NCBI GenBank assembly: GCA_002069945.1
Contig: MWCH01000005.1
Location: forward strand, 1 to 62,155
Source of the DNA: Microgenomates group bacterium ADurb.Bin219
GTDB taxonomy: Bacteria; Patescibacteriota; Microgenomatia; UM-FILTER-40-11
Direction of reading: 5' to 3'
DNA: 62,155 nt
The translations under genes and the position numbers were made by a program. The notes beneath the pieces are model-generated. The model made no database searches, was not told the origin of the DNA, and saw only the letters and a program-made list of their open reading frames with translations. Within the stretch, counting starts at the first letter, position 1, and each line of letters opens with the position of its first letter. This document shows positions 7,942 through 17,156 of the stretch, in pieces.

Positions 7942-8901
7942 ATGAATATTTTCCGTTGTGATCTTTGTCCGAGAAATTGCAGAATTAACCGGAAAAAAGG
8001 AATCGGTTTTTGTAAAGCTGACGATAAAATTAAGATTTCCTGGTTTGGACATCATTTTGGCGAGGAACCTCCTATCTCCGGTCCATCTCGTCTTCGGCGA
8101 AGTCGAGGCGGTTCGGGAACAATTTTTTTCAGCAATTGCAATTTAAAGTGTGTTTTTTGTCAAAATTGGCAGATCTCACAGCCCTCCTTCGCCCTCCGAT
8201 TCGGAGGGCTTCGGAAGGGTAAAGAACTAAATCAAGATAAAAGTTATGATGTGAATGGGATAGTAGAGATGATGCTGAAACTTCAAGAGGAAGGCAGCCT
8301 GAATATTAATTTAGTCTCGCCCACGGTTTGGTCATATTGGCTAGAAAAGGTAATTATTACGGCCAAAAGGAAAGGATTGAAGATCCCCATTGTTTGGAAT
8401 ACAAACGGTTATGAGAAAACGAAAACTTTAAAAGAATTTGAAGGCTTGGTGGATATTTATTTACCCGATTATAAATACGATAACGAAAAACTGGCCATCA
8501 AATATTCTTCGGCTCCCGGATATCCCGAAGTTGCCCGAAAAGCAATTTTGGAAATGCAAAGGCAGGTTGGCGATTTACAAATTGACCAGAAAGGCAAGGC
8601 GATCAGGGGATTGATCGTCCGGCATTTGATTTTACCCGGGCAAATAGAAAATACCAAAAATTGCCTCCGTTTCGTTAAAACAATTTCCGATCGGGTTCAC
8701 CTTTCCCTAATGACACAATATAATCCTCTTTATCGGGCAAGAGAGTTTGCCGAAATTAACCGGCCGATTGGCAAACAAGAGTTTGAGGCGGCCAATAAAC
8801 TTGTTGAAGGATTAGGTATAAAATACGGTTGGGTTCAAGAATTTGGGGGAGCAGTCAAATGCTTTAGCCCGGATTTTGAAAAAGAAAATCCGTTCGGTTA
8901 A
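7942..8901 (+). CDS. Radical SAM protein, PflX-like (pyruvate formate-lyase activase-related)
   Basis: FFSNCNLKCVFCQNW (CxxxCxxC) motif. N-terminal CDLCPRNCRINRKKGIGFC. No SPASM-like C-terminal Cys cluster. Confidence 0.75.
   Translation: MNIFRCDLCPRNCRINRKKGIGFCKADDKIKISWFGHHFGEEPPISGPSRLRRSRGGSGTIFFSNCNLKCVFCQNWQISQPSFALRFGGLRKGKELNQDKSYDVNGIVEMMLKLQEEGSLNINLVSPTVWSYWLEKVIITAKRKGLKIPIVWNTNGYEKTKTLKEFEGLVDIYLPDYKYDNEKLAIKYSSAPGYPEVARKAILEMQRQVGDLQIDQKGKAIRGLIVRHLILPGQIENTKNCLRFVKTISDRVHLSLMTQYNPLYRAREFAEINRPIGKQEFEAANKLVEGLGIKYGWVQEFGGAVKCFSPDFEKENPFG
8087..8107. repeat. 21-nt near-perfect palindrome inside the radical SAM ORF
   Basis: CTCGTCTTCGGCGAAGTCGAG has one off-centre mismatched pair (T8091/T8103) against its reverse complement. 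Encodes part of PSRLRRSRG. Confidence 0.7.
8181..8219. repeat. Nested palindrome inside the radical SAM ORF
   Basis: GCCCTCC occurs twice (8181, 8191). An 8-bp stem GCCCTCCG/CGGAGGGC (8191..8198 / 8202..8209) has a 3-nt loop. Outer partner is GGAAGGG. Encodes PSFALRFGGLRKG. Confidence 0.75.
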
Positions 8902-8935
8902 GATGGTTATTATTAAGAGATTAACGAATTGAAAG

Positions 8936-10030
8936 ATGAAAGTGGCTTTGGTTTACGACCGGGTTAACAAATGGGGAGGAGCAGAGCGATTATTGCTGGC
9001 CTTGCACCAAATTTGGCCCGAAGCTCCGCTTTATACCTCTGTTTATGATTCGGAAAGGGCTCCCTGGGCTAAGGTTTTTGAGGTGAGGACCTCTTTTTTA
9101 CAAAGAATTCCCTTGGCCAAAGAAAAACATGAATTCTTTGCCCCGTTAATGCCCTTGGCTTTTGAGTCTTTTAATTTTGACGAATTTGATTTGGTAATTT
9201 CCATAACCAGCGAGGCGGCCAAGGGGATAATTACTAGACCGAAAACAAAGCATCTTTGTTATTGCTTGACGCCGACCCGGTATTTATGGAGCGGGTATAA
9301 AGAATATTTTAGAACCAGCACTCAGCGTATAGCGTCTAGCTCGTTAGTCAAATATTTAAGAAAATGGGATTTAGTTGCGGCCCAAAGGCCGGATGCTTAT
9401 TTTGCCATTTCCCAGACCGTTCAAAAAAGGATCAAAAAATACTATGGCAGGGAAAGTGATGTGATTTATCCACCAGTCGATTTGGATAAATTTAGAACAA
9501 ATATCAAATATCAAATATCAAATATCAAATATTATTTAGTAGTATCGAGGTTGGTGCCGTATAAAAAGGCAGACCTGGTGGTGAAAGTTTTTAATAAGTT
9601 GGGTTGGAATCTAAAGATAATTGGCGTAGGGAGCGAATTAAGGAAGCTAAAAAGAATGGCCAATAGCAATATTGATTTTTTGGGCCAGTTGACAGACGAG
9701 CAGCTGATTAGTTACTATCAAAATTGTCGGGCGGTTGTCTTTGCCCAGGAAGAAGATTTTGGTTTGGTCCCGCTTGAGGCTCAGGCTTGCGGAAAACCGG
9801 TAATCGCTTTTAGGGCCGGAGGAGCAGCGGAAACAATTAAAGATCGGATAACCGGAGTTTTTTTTGATCAACAAACTCCCGAATCGCTGATTGAAGCGGT
9901 AAAAAAAGCCGACCTGATGATTAAAAATTCAAAATTAAAACCCGAAGACTGTCGCAAACAGGCAGAAAAATTCGGGATGAAAGAATTTTTGGCAAGGTTT
10001 AAACAAATTGCCGAGGAAAATGGCAGATAA
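8936..10030 (+). CDS. Glycosyltransferase family 4
   Basis: MKVALVYDRVNKWGGAERLL start. VFAQEEDFGLVPLEAQACGKPVIAFRAGGAAETI motif. Confidence 0.8.
   Translation: MKVALVYDRVNKWGGAERLLLALHQIWPEAPLYTSVYDSERAPWAKVFEVRTSFLQRIPLAKEKHEFFAPLMPLAFESFNFDEFDLVISITSEAAKGIITRPKTKHLCYCLTPTRYLWSGYKEYFRTSTQRIASSSLVKYLRKWDLVAAQRPDAYFAISQTVQKRIKKYYGRESDVIYPPVDLDKFRTNIKYQISNIKYYLVVSRLVPYKKADLVVKVFNKLGWNLKIIGVGSELRKLKRMANSNIDFLGQLTDEQLISYYQNCRAVVFAQEEDFGLVPLEAQACGKPVIAFRAGGAAETIKDRITGVFFDQQTPESLIEAVKKADLMIKNSKLKPEDCRKQAEKFGMKEFLARFKQIAEENGR
9315..9349. repeat. Heptamer patch (CCAGCAC TCAGCGT ATAGCGT CTAGCTC GTTAGTC)
   Basis: Read directly. Same TAGCG word family as 6653..6687. Confidence 0.65.
9497..9531. repeat. 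Heptamer tandem repeat (ACAAATA + TCAAATA x4)
   Basis: Four perfect units, read directly. Translated as TNIKYQISNIKY. ATCAAAT x2 also occurs at 6104..6117. Confidence 0.9.
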
Positions 10031-11123
10031 TAATCATCTTTACGCGCTCGTTATTTGCGGCGGAGCCGGAACTCGGCTTTGGCCTCGCTCCAGACGGAAA
10101 ACACCGAAGCAGTTTCTGGAAAATTTTTTCGGGAAAACGACCTTGTTCCGGCAGACAATTGACCGCGCCCTTCTTTTAACCGAGAGCAACAGAATCATTA
10201 TTGTTACCATTGGCGATTATGTTGACGAAATAATTAAATACGCTCCGGAAATTCTACCCCGAAATATTATTGCCGAGCCCATTGGCAGAAACACTGCTTT
10301 GGCGGTCGGCTTGGGAACTGCTTATATTAAGAAGGCCGATCCGGAAGCGATTGTGATGACTTTCTGGTCGGACGCGGCGGTAACCGAAAACGAGAGTTTT
10401 GCCGAGAGATTGAAGCTCGCCGCGGAGGCAGCCTGTAGGGGTAATTATTTGGTAACGGTTGGCATAAAACCAACCTTTGCCCATACGGGATTGGGCTATA
10501 TTGAAACCGGAAATCAACTTGATCAAAATACAGGAGAAATTTACAAAGTAATTTCTTTTAAGGAAAAACCGGAGCTGAAGTTGGCCCAGGAATTTTTGGA
10601 GAAAGGAAATTTCTATTGGAATACGGGAATTTTTACCTGTTCGGTCAAAAGTCTTTGGGAAGCCTTCGGCAAATATTCTCCCAAGCTTTTTAACGGTCTG
10701 GAAAAAATTTATCTTGCCTTGTCCGGCCCCGCGGAGCAACAGACGATAAAGGAAATCTACGAATCAGCTGAGGATTTGGCGATTGATAACGCCGTTTGGG
10801 AAAAGGCGGACAATTTATTGTTGGTGCCCGCGACTTTTGGCTGGAGCGACATTGGCGATTGGCAGGTAGCTTACGACTTGGGCGAGAAAGACGCGGAAGG
10901 CAATGCCGTGACGATTTTCGGCGGAAAGGGAAAACATTTTGGTTTGGAAACCAAAAATTGCCTTATCCAAGCTGAAAATCGGACGATTGCGACCATTGGT
11001 TTATCCGATTTGGTAATCATTGAAACAGAAGATACGGTTTTAATTTGCCCGAGACAAAGGGCCCAAGAGGTTAAAAAAATCGTTACTCTCTTGAAGGAAA
11101 AGGAAGAAAAAGACCTGTTGTGA
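10020..11123 (+). CDS. manC: Mannose-1-phosphate guanylyltransferase-like nucleotidyltransferase
   Basis: LYALVICGGAGTRLWPRSRRKTPKQF sugar-nucleotidyltransferase signature and GLGYIE. ATG 10020 with a GAGGAA Shine-Dalgarno is preferred over TTG 10008. Confidence 0.7.
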   Translation: MADNNHLYALVICGGAGTRLWPRSRRKTPKQFLENFFGKTTLFRQTIDRALLLTESNRIIIVTIGDYVDEIIKYAPEILPRNIIAEPIGRNTALAVGLGTAYIKKADPEAIVMTFWSDAAVTENESFAERLKLAAEAACRGNYLVTVGIKPTFAHTGLGYIETGNQLDQNTGEIYKVISFKEKPELKLAQEFLEKGNFYWNTGIFTCSVKSLWEAFGKYSPKLFNGLEKIYLALSGPAEQQTIKEIYESAEDLAIDNAVWEKADNLLLVPATFGWSDIGDWQVAYDLGEKDAEGNAVTIFGGKGKHFGLETKNCLIQAENRTIATIGLSDLVIIETEDTVLICPRQRAQEVKKIVTLLKEKEEKDLL

Positions 11124-11131
11124 TTTAAATT

Positions 11132-11767
11132 ATGTATGCGATTTTAAAAAGAGCAATTGACATTGTCGGCTCTTTGGTGGGAATCATTATTTTTTTCCCG
11201 GTTTGTTTTTTGTTTTCCCTGGCAATGCAGATTGAGTCTCCCGGTTCGGTTTTTGCCGATACTCCCAAGAGGATCGGCAAGGATGGCCGGCTTTTCCATT
11301 TATATAAATTAAGATCGATGATTCCCAACGCCCACCGGCTTTTGCATGAAGACAAGCGGTTCCGAAAGCTTTTGCAGGAGTATAAAAAATCAAGCTATAA
11401 GTTGCATGAAGATCCCCGGGTTACCCGGGTAGGCAAATTTATCAGGAAACATTCAATTGACGAATTACCTCAATTCATCAATATTCTTAAAGGGGAGATG
11501 AGCTTGGTCGGGCCACGGCCGTATTATCAGGATGAGCTGGCGGAACAGCAGGAAAAATACCCGGAAACAAAGCCCTTGGTTGATGAAGTTTTGAAAATAA
11601 AGCCCGGTCTTACCGGCGAATGGCAGGTTTCCGGACGTTCCGAAGTCAATTTTGACAAGAGAATTAAAATGGATGCCGATTACGCCAAAAGGCAATCAAT
11701 TATTTATGATATTATTATTTTATTGAAGTCTCCCTTGGCCATGATTACCGGCAAGGGAGCAGTTTAA
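11132..11767 (+). CDS. Polyprenyl-phosphate sugar-1-phosphate transferase (bacterial sugar transferase, WbaP/WcaJ C-domain type)
   Basis: One N-terminal TM segment. Motifs DELPQFINILKGEMSLVGPRP and KPGLTGEWQVSGRSE. Confidence 0.85.
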   Translation: MYAILKRAIDIVGSLVGIIIFFPVCFLFSLAMQIESPGSVFADTPKRIGKDGRLFHLYKLRSMIPNAHRLLHEDKRFRKLLQEYKKSSYKLHEDPRVTRVGKFIRKHSIDELPQFINILKGEMSLVGPRPYYQDELAEQQEKYPETKPLVDEVLKIKPGLTGEWQVSGRSEVNFDKRIKMDADYAKRQSIIYDIIILLKSPLAMITGKGAV

Positions 11768-11797
11768 ACAATAAATTAATATTTTTTAAGGAGAAAA

Positions 11798-13807
11798 ATG
11801 AAAAAAATTAATTTGGACGATCTTCCGATTAAAGGGAAAGAACCTGAAGTAAAAAATAAGCCTGCCCAAGAAATTGAAAAGAAAAAGTGTTGTTCTTTTG
11901 GGAAAATAAAAATCGGCAAAAAGACAAAGATTCTTTTTTCTTTCTTAGCGGTAATCTTTATTATTTTGGCGGCCTTTGGCGGGTTTTTATATATTTCCGG
12001 CCGGGATCTGTTGGCGGAAAAAGAGCCGCTTTTGGCCAGTTTTAATCAGGTTAAGGAAGCGGTAAAACAGCAGGATTTGGCAAAGGTCAAGGAAGGCGTT
12101 TTGGCGACTAAAAATTCTTTGGCTAAGGTAGAGAATAAAGTGGAAAAAATCGGTTGGATGAAAAAACTGCCTTTTTTGGGATCTTATTTCAGCGATTTGG
12201 ATCACGGTTTTAAAGCCGGTTCGGCCGGATTGGAAGCGGTTGACTTGGCCGTTGAAGCCCTAATTCCTTACGCCGATATTTTGGGCTTTTCCGGTGCCGC
12301 CAGCGCTACCCAAAGCGGAAAAACAACCATGGACAGGATTACTTTTATTATGACTACCCTGGACAAAATCAGCCCGCAGTTTGACCAAATCAGCGAAAAA
12401 CTCTTAACGGTTAAATCCGAGGTTGATCAAATTGACGAGGTTCGCTATCCCGAGGACTTTCAGGGCAAGAAAGTGAGAGAAATTATTAAGGCGGCAAAAT
12501 TGGCGGTTGACCAGGGCGCCAATTTAATGAACGACGCCAAGCCTCTTTTGGAACAATTACCGAAACTTTTGGGAATGGAAAAAGACCAGTTCTACTTGAT
12601 AATTTTTCAAAACGACGCGGAATTAAGGCCCACCGGCGGTTTTATGACCGCCTACGGGATTTTAAAAGTCTCCAAAGGAAAAATCAGTCCTTTGCTTTCC
12701 CAGGATATTTATTCTCTGGATGCCAGACTTAGCCGGACGGAAGCGGCGCCCGAAGCCCTGGTTAAATATCTGAAGCTTCCTTACGGCGATGAAGCCAGAT
12801 CGGGAAGGACGCCGCAATGGCGGATTAGAGATATGAACCTTTCTCCCGACTTCGCCTTGGCAATGGAAAAATTTTATACCTATTACGTCCGGGCAGCCGG
12901 CAACCAAACCTTAACGGGTATTTTGGCCATTGATACCAAGGTTTTGACGGCTCTTTTAAAAATCATCGGCACGGTTGGCGTTCCGGAATGGGGAAATTTT
13001 TCGGCGGAAAACGACAAAAGGTGCGATTGTCCTCAGGTTGTTTATCGGTTGGAGGAACTGGCGGATAAACCCATAAGCGGAGTAAATTTATCGCGGAAAG
13101 CGGTCATTACTCCGTTGATGCATTCAATCTTGCTTAATGCCTTTCAGTCTCCAAAAGCAAAATTGCCTTTGTTGATGGAGGCAACCTTAAAATCGGTTTA
13201 CGAAAAACACTTTTTGGTTTATCTCTTTGACAAAGAAGCGCAAAAAGCGATTGAAGCCTTTAACCTGGCCGGCCGGATTAAGGAATATTCGGGAGACTAT
13301 TTGCACCTTAACGACACCAGTTTTACCGGCGCCAAATCCAATTTGTTTATCAAACAGGCAGTAGAACAAAAAATTGAGTTTGATAATGACGGTGGCTTAA
13401 TCAAAACCGTTTCCGTTAATTATAAAAATTCGTTCCCTGCCTCAAATTGTAATTTGGAAAAAGGCGGTCTTTGCTTAAACGCGCCTTACCGTGACTGGGT
13501 TAGGCTTTATGTTCCCAAGGGTTCAACTTTGATTTCCAGCAACGGTTTTGAAACGGAAATCAAAACTTATGAGGAATTGGGGAAAACGGTTTTTGAAGGA
13601 TTTTTCGGGGACAAATATCCTTTAAGGCCCCAAAGTTCGGCCAAGATTGTCTTTAAATACAAACTGCCGGCCGAGTTTAACCGGAACAATTCATATAGCC
13701 TGATGATCCAAAAGCAACCCGGGATAGAAGCCTACGATTATGTTGTTGACTATAACGGACAAAAGCAGGAATTTGAGTTAAGAACGGACAAAGAAATTAA
13801 GTTTTGA
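11798..13807 (+). CDS. Membrane-anchored extracytoplasmic protein, DUF4012-like
   Basis: N-terminal TM (ILFSFLAVIFIILAAFGGFLYI). FQNDAELRPTGGFMTAYG motif as I recall for DUF4012. AAGGAG Shine-Dalgarno upstream. Confidence 0.5.
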   Translation: MKKINLDDLPIKGKEPEVKNKPAQEIEKKKCCSFGKIKIGKKTKILFSFLAVIFIILAAFGGFLYISGRDLLAEKEPLLASFNQVKEAVKQQDLAKVKEGVLATKNSLAKVENKVEKIGWMKKLPFLGSYFSDLDHGFKAGSAGLEAVDLAVEALIPYADILGFSGAASATQSGKTTMDRITFIMTTLDKISPQFDQISEKLLTVKSEVDQIDEVRYPEDFQGKKVREIIKAAKLAVDQGANLMNDAKPLLEQLPKLLGMEKDQFYLIIFQNDAELRPTGGFMTAYGILKVSKGKISPLLSQDIYSLDARLSRTEAAPEALVKYLKLPYGDEARSGRTPQWRIRDMNLSPDFALAMEKFYTYYVRAAGNQTLTGILAIDTKVLTALLKIIGTVGVPEWGNFSAENDKRCDCPQVVYRLEELADKPISGVNLSRKAVITPLMHSILLNAFQSPKAKLPLLMEATLKSVYEKHFLVYLFDKEAQKAIEAFNLAGRIKEYSGDYLHLNDTSFTGAKSNLFIKQAVEQKIEFDNDGGLIKTVSVNYKNSFPASNCNLEKGGLCLNAPYRDWVRLYVPKGSTLISSNGFETEIKTYEELGKTVFEGFFGDKYPLRPQSSAKIVFKYKLPAEFNRNNSYSLMIQKQPGIEAYDYVVDYNGQKQEFELRTDKEIKF

Positions 13808-13833
13808 TATTGGCTATTGGAGATCAGATATTA
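13806..13833. repeat. Heptamer patch (GATATTG GCTATTG GAGATCA GATATTA) across a stop codon and spacer
   Basis: Read directly. The reverse complement CCAATAGCCAATATC belongs to the CCAAT word family. Confidence 0.6.
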
Positions 13834-13834
13834 A

Positions 13835-14398
13835 GTGACGTTAGGTAAGACTTTTAAAACCGAAGGCATAATTTTAAAAAGAAGTAACTTCGGTGAGGCA
13901 GACAGGATTTTAACTGTTTTCACCAAACACTTCGGGAAAATTTCCATTTTGGCAAAAGGAATAAGAAGAACCACTTCCCGCAAAGGCGGAAATTTGGAAC
14001 TTTTCAACCAGGTTGTAATTTTTGCGGCCAAGGGAAAAAATTTGGATATTGTCACCGAAGTGGAAGTCATTAATTCGTTTAAAGACTGGCGAGTGGATTT
14101 AAAAAAGGTCGCGGCGGCGTATCAATTGTGCGAATTGGTAGATAAATTAAGTGCGGAAGGAGTGGAAAACAATGAGGTTTACGATCTGCTCGTCAATAGT
14201 TTTATAAATTTATCACCAATCACTAATTACCAATCACTAATCACTAACTTTGAAGTCTCCCTTCTTCAAAGTTTGGGTTTCTGGCCGAAAGGAAGACCGG
14301 TCGGCAATACCAACCTTGATCTTTACATTGAAGATTTGATCAACCGCAAACTTAAAGCCAAAAATTTTTTTAACCAAGTTTCCGTTTCTCAGAGTTAG
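13835..14398 (+). CDS. recO: DNA repair protein RecO (short form)
   Basis: GIILKRSNFGEADRILTVFTKHFGKISILAKGIRR OB-fold N-terminus typical of RecO. GTG start. Confidence 0.7.
   Translation: MTLGKTFKTEGIILKRSNFGEADRILTVFTKHFGKISILAKGIRRTTSRKGGNLELFNQVVIFAAKGKNLDIVTEVEVINSFKDWRVDLKKVAAAYQLCELVDKLSAEGVENNEVYDLLVNSFINLSPITNYQSLITNFEVSLLQSLGFWPKGRPVGNTNLDLYIEDLINRKLKAKNFFNQVSVSQS
14214..14248. repeat. Heptamer patch (CACCAAT CACTAAT TACCAAT CACTAAT CACTAAC) inside recO
   Basis: Read directly. Translated as SPITNYQSLITN. Confidence 0.85.
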
Positions 14399-14447
14399 AA
14401 GATTTCTGGCTTGAATATTTATTAAACCTAATCTAGAATTCAATTTA

Positions 14448-15740
14448 ATGACAAGCGATTTAATGGAAAAAGTTGTCTCTTTGTGCAAGAGAAGAGGATT
14501 TGTTTATCCGGGGAGTGAAATTTATGGAGGGCTTGCCAATACTTGGGATTACGGTCCTTTAGGAGTTGAGTTGAAAAACAACATCCGTGATTTTTGGTGG
14601 AAAACTTTTATCCACGGTCGGGAGGAGATGTTTGGGATTGACGGAAGCATTATTTCTCACCCGCGGGTTTGGGAAGCTTCCGGCCATGTTGAGAATTTTA
14701 AAGAGCCGTTAGTGGAATGCAAATCCTGTCATAAACGCTTCAAGGCGGAAAACGCCACTTCCAACAAATGTCCGGAATGTAAAGGAGAACTAACCGAAGA
14801 AAAGATGTTTAACGGTCTTTTTAAGACCTTTTTGGGAGCAACAGAAGATAGCTCCTCTATCGCTTATTTACGTCCGGAAACTGCCCAGGCAATTTTTATC
14901 AATTATAAAAATATTCTTGACAGTTTTCATCCGAAATTGCCGTTTGGCATAGGCCAAATCGGCCGTTCCTTCAGGAATGAAGTTACTGCCGGTAATTTTA
15001 TTTTCCGGGATTTGGAATTTGACCAGATGGAAATAGAATATTTTATTGATCCGCAATCGGATTGGCAAAAGTATTTTGATCAATGGCAGGAAGAAATGAA
15101 GAAGTGGTTGGTGGCGGTTACCGGAGCGCCCGAAGCAAAAATCAGTATTCGGGAGCACGGCGATAAAGAAAGATCCCACTATTCAAAAAAGACGGTTGAT
15201 ATTGAATACGAATATCCTTTCGGTAAAAAAGAAGTTTGGGGTCTGGCGTACCGGACTGATTTTGATTTGGCCCAGCACCAAAAATTCAGCGGAGTTAATT
15301 TGCAGTATCGAACCGAAGACGGCCGGGATTTTATTCCTCATGTGATCGAGCCTTCTTTCGGAATGCCCAGAACTCTTTTGATTACTCTCTTGGAAGCTTA
15401 CAAAGAGGAAGACAAGAGAGTAGTTTTAAAGCTGAATCCCAAACTTTCTCCTTATAAAGTGGCGGTTTTTCCGCTTTTGGCCAATAAACCGGAATTAGTC
15501 AAAGTGGCCAGACAGATCTTCGATATGCTCAGACCGGAGCTTCGCACCGCTTGGGATGACAGGGGAAATATCGGCAAAAGATATCTTTCCCAGGATGAAA
15601 TTGGCACTCCTTGGTGTATTACCGTTGATTTTCAGACGCTGGAAGACAATACGGTAACAGTGAGAGACCGCGATATCACCAAGCAGGAGAGGGTGGGGAT
15701 TGACAAATTAATAGAATATTTTCAAAATAAAATGAAATGA
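14448..15740 (+). CDS. glyQS: Glycine--tRNA ligase (dimeric class II type)
   Basis: RRGFVYPGSEIYGGLANTWDYGPLGVELKNN, RPETAQAIF, GRSFRNE. C-terminal anticodon-binding region. Confidence 0.9.
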   Translation: MTSDLMEKVVSLCKRRGFVYPGSEIYGGLANTWDYGPLGVELKNNIRDFWWKTFIHGREEMFGIDGSIISHPRVWEASGHVENFKEPLVECKSCHKRFKAENATSNKCPECKGELTEEKMFNGLFKTFLGATEDSSSIAYLRPETAQAIFINYKNILDSFHPKLPFGIGQIGRSFRNEVTAGNFIFRDLEFDQMEIEYFIDPQSDWQKYFDQWQEEMKKWLVAVTGAPEAKISIREHGDKERSHYSKKTVDIEYEYPFGKKEVWGLAYRTDFDLAQHQKFSGVNLQYRTEDGRDFIPHVIEPSFGMPRTLLITLLEAYKEEDKRVVLKLNPKLSPYKVAVFPLLANKPELVKVARQIFDMLRPELRTAWDDRGNIGKRYLSQDEIGTPWCITVDFQTLEDNTVTVRDRDITKQERVGIDKLIEYFQNKMK

Positions 15741-16552
15741 AAAAGAATTCCGTCTTCAGCTTTCGGTTTCCTGTCTTCTGTTTTTGGCTGATTCTGGCCA
15801 CTTTTGTCTTATCCGGCTGTTCTTTAAAGCAGGCGGAAAAACCAGCCGGCAGTCAAGGACAACCTTCACCGATGCCGACCAAACCCCTTGAGGAAACTAT
15901 TTTTGATCGGCCTTTTGTCAGTCTTGAACCGACGGCTGACGGTCATTGGGTTAACTTACAGGTCAACAAGATTAAAGAAGGCACCAAGTCAATTGATTAT
16001 GAATTGATTTACTTTGCCGGCGATATTGGCAACCAGGTCGAAAGGGGAGTGGCCGGCTCGGTTGAACTTAAGGGAGAAAAAAGTTTTACCCGGAAAATCT
16101 TATTCGGTTCGGAGAGCTGCACGGTTAAATGCAAGTATAAATTTGACGAGAATATCAGCGAAGGGGTTTTAACTTTGAAACTAAGGAGCGAAACCGGAAC
16201 GGAGAAATTTGAATCGGCATTCAGGTTGCAAAAAGGCAGCGAAGCCGCCGAAGGATTAAGCATTGGCGATGGCAATTTTAAGTTTGTTGCCAAGAATCTG
16301 GACAAGAATTCCTACTTTTTAACGATTTCCACCATCGGCGTTCCCAAGGAATTTGAAGGGAAAATCGGCGCCGTGCCTTACGGAATTTTTCCCAGCTCTT
16401 CGGCCAAAGGTGAAGTATTTTTTAAATCCAATGAAGAAGCCGCGATTCTTGTTTGGGACGGAACAAAGTGGTTGGAGACGGAATCAAGTCTGGTTGACGG
16501 TTGGCTGAGAACCTCGGTTCAAAAAACCGGTATCTTCGTTTTAACCAAGTAA
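15737..16552 (+). CDS. Lipoprotein of unknown function
   Basis: Signal peptide ending in the lipobox LSGC. ATGA overlap with glyQS. Confidence 0.6.
   Translation: MKKNSVFSFRFPVFCFWLILATFVLSGCSLKQAEKPAGSQGQPSPMPTKPLEETIFDRPFVSLEPTADGHWVNLQVNKIKEGTKSIDYELIYFAGDIGNQVERGVAGSVELKGEKSFTRKILFGSESCTVKCKYKFDENISEGVLTLKLRSETGTEKFESAFRLQKGSEAAEGLSIGDGNFKFVAKNLDKNSYFLTISTIGVPKEFEGKIGAVPYGIFPSSSAKGEVFFKSNEEAAILVWDGTKWLETESSLVDGWLRTSVQKTGIFVLTK
15751..15785. repeat. Weak heptamer patch (CGTCTTC AGCTTTC GGTTTCC TGTCTTC TGTTTTT)
   Basis: Read directly. Encodes part of the signal peptide. Weaker than the other patches. Confidence 0.4.
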
Positions 16553-16645
16553 CTTCTTTTTCTGCCAGTTGGTTTTAATTATCTTCCTTTCTAAAATTCT
16601 TTCTTTTGATGTTTTGCCCCTTGACAAGTATTTATAAAATAGCTC

Positions 16646-16682
16646 AAAATGGAAAAAAGTGGCATAAAGTGGTGATTAGTGT
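16646..16682 (+). promoter_or_regulatory. Putative MraZ operator: four direct repeats at exact 10-bp spacing
   Basis: AAAATGG (16646), AAAGTGG (16656), AAAGTGG (16666), TTAGTGT (16676). They sit 13 nt upstream of the mraZ ATG and downstream of TTGACA (16621..16626). Confidence 0.6.
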
Positions 16683-16694
16683 CACAAACAAAAT

Positions 16695-17156
16695 ATGTTG
16701 ATCGGCCAATATCACTCCAAAGTCAGTCTTAAAGGAAGAATTGCTTTTCCGAAAAAATTCCGCGACGTTTTGGGCGATCAATTGGTTTTGACTTTGGGTT
16801 ACGAAGGCTCCTTGATTATTGTTTCCAACGACAATTGGAAATCTCTTATCAGCGGAACGGAAGACAAACCGTTTTTCATGGGCTCGGCCCGGGACACCAA
16901 CCGTTTCTTGCTGGGTAGCGCTTCGGAAGTAAATCTGGACGAACAGGGCCGATTCGTTATCCCGCCGTATTTAAGGGATTACGCCAAGATTGTTTCCGAG
17001 GTAGTTTTTCTGGGACTTAACCAATATGTTGAGGTTTGGGAAAAAGGCCGTTGGCTGGAACATCAAAAATATTTAAGTGAGCATATCGAAGAAATAGCCG
17101 AAAAGTTGGGAGAAATTGATTTAAGCAAGGATAGAGCGAGACAGGGTAGGGGGTAG
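16695..17156 (+). CDS. mraZ: Transcriptional regulator MraZ
   Basis: Two SpoVT/AbrB-like halves (KGRIAFPKKFR and QGRFVIPPYLR). First gene of the dcw cluster. Confidence 0.9.
   Translation: MLIGQYHSKVSLKGRIAFPKKFRDVLGDQLVLTLGYEGSLIIVSNDNWKSLISGTEDKPFFMGSARDTNRFLLGSASEVNLDEQGRFVIPPYLRDYAKIVSEVVFLGLNQYVEVWEKGRWLEHQKYLSEHIEEIAEKLGEIDLSKDRARQGRG

Noticed and set aside
7333-8901. Cys-rich small proteins plus a radical SAM gene as a RiPP (SCIFF/ranthipeptide-like) cluster
   Set aside because: A plausible terminator (7883..7920) separates them. The radical SAM protein is PflX-like, without a SPASM/twitch Cys cluster. The CxxC spacing looks like structural zinc ribbons.
16543-16586. Terminator after the lipoprotein gene (AACCAA ... 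TTGGTT plus TTTAATT)
   Set aside because: The stem is only 6 bp, with a 20-nt loop and a poor T-run. This is too weak to call.
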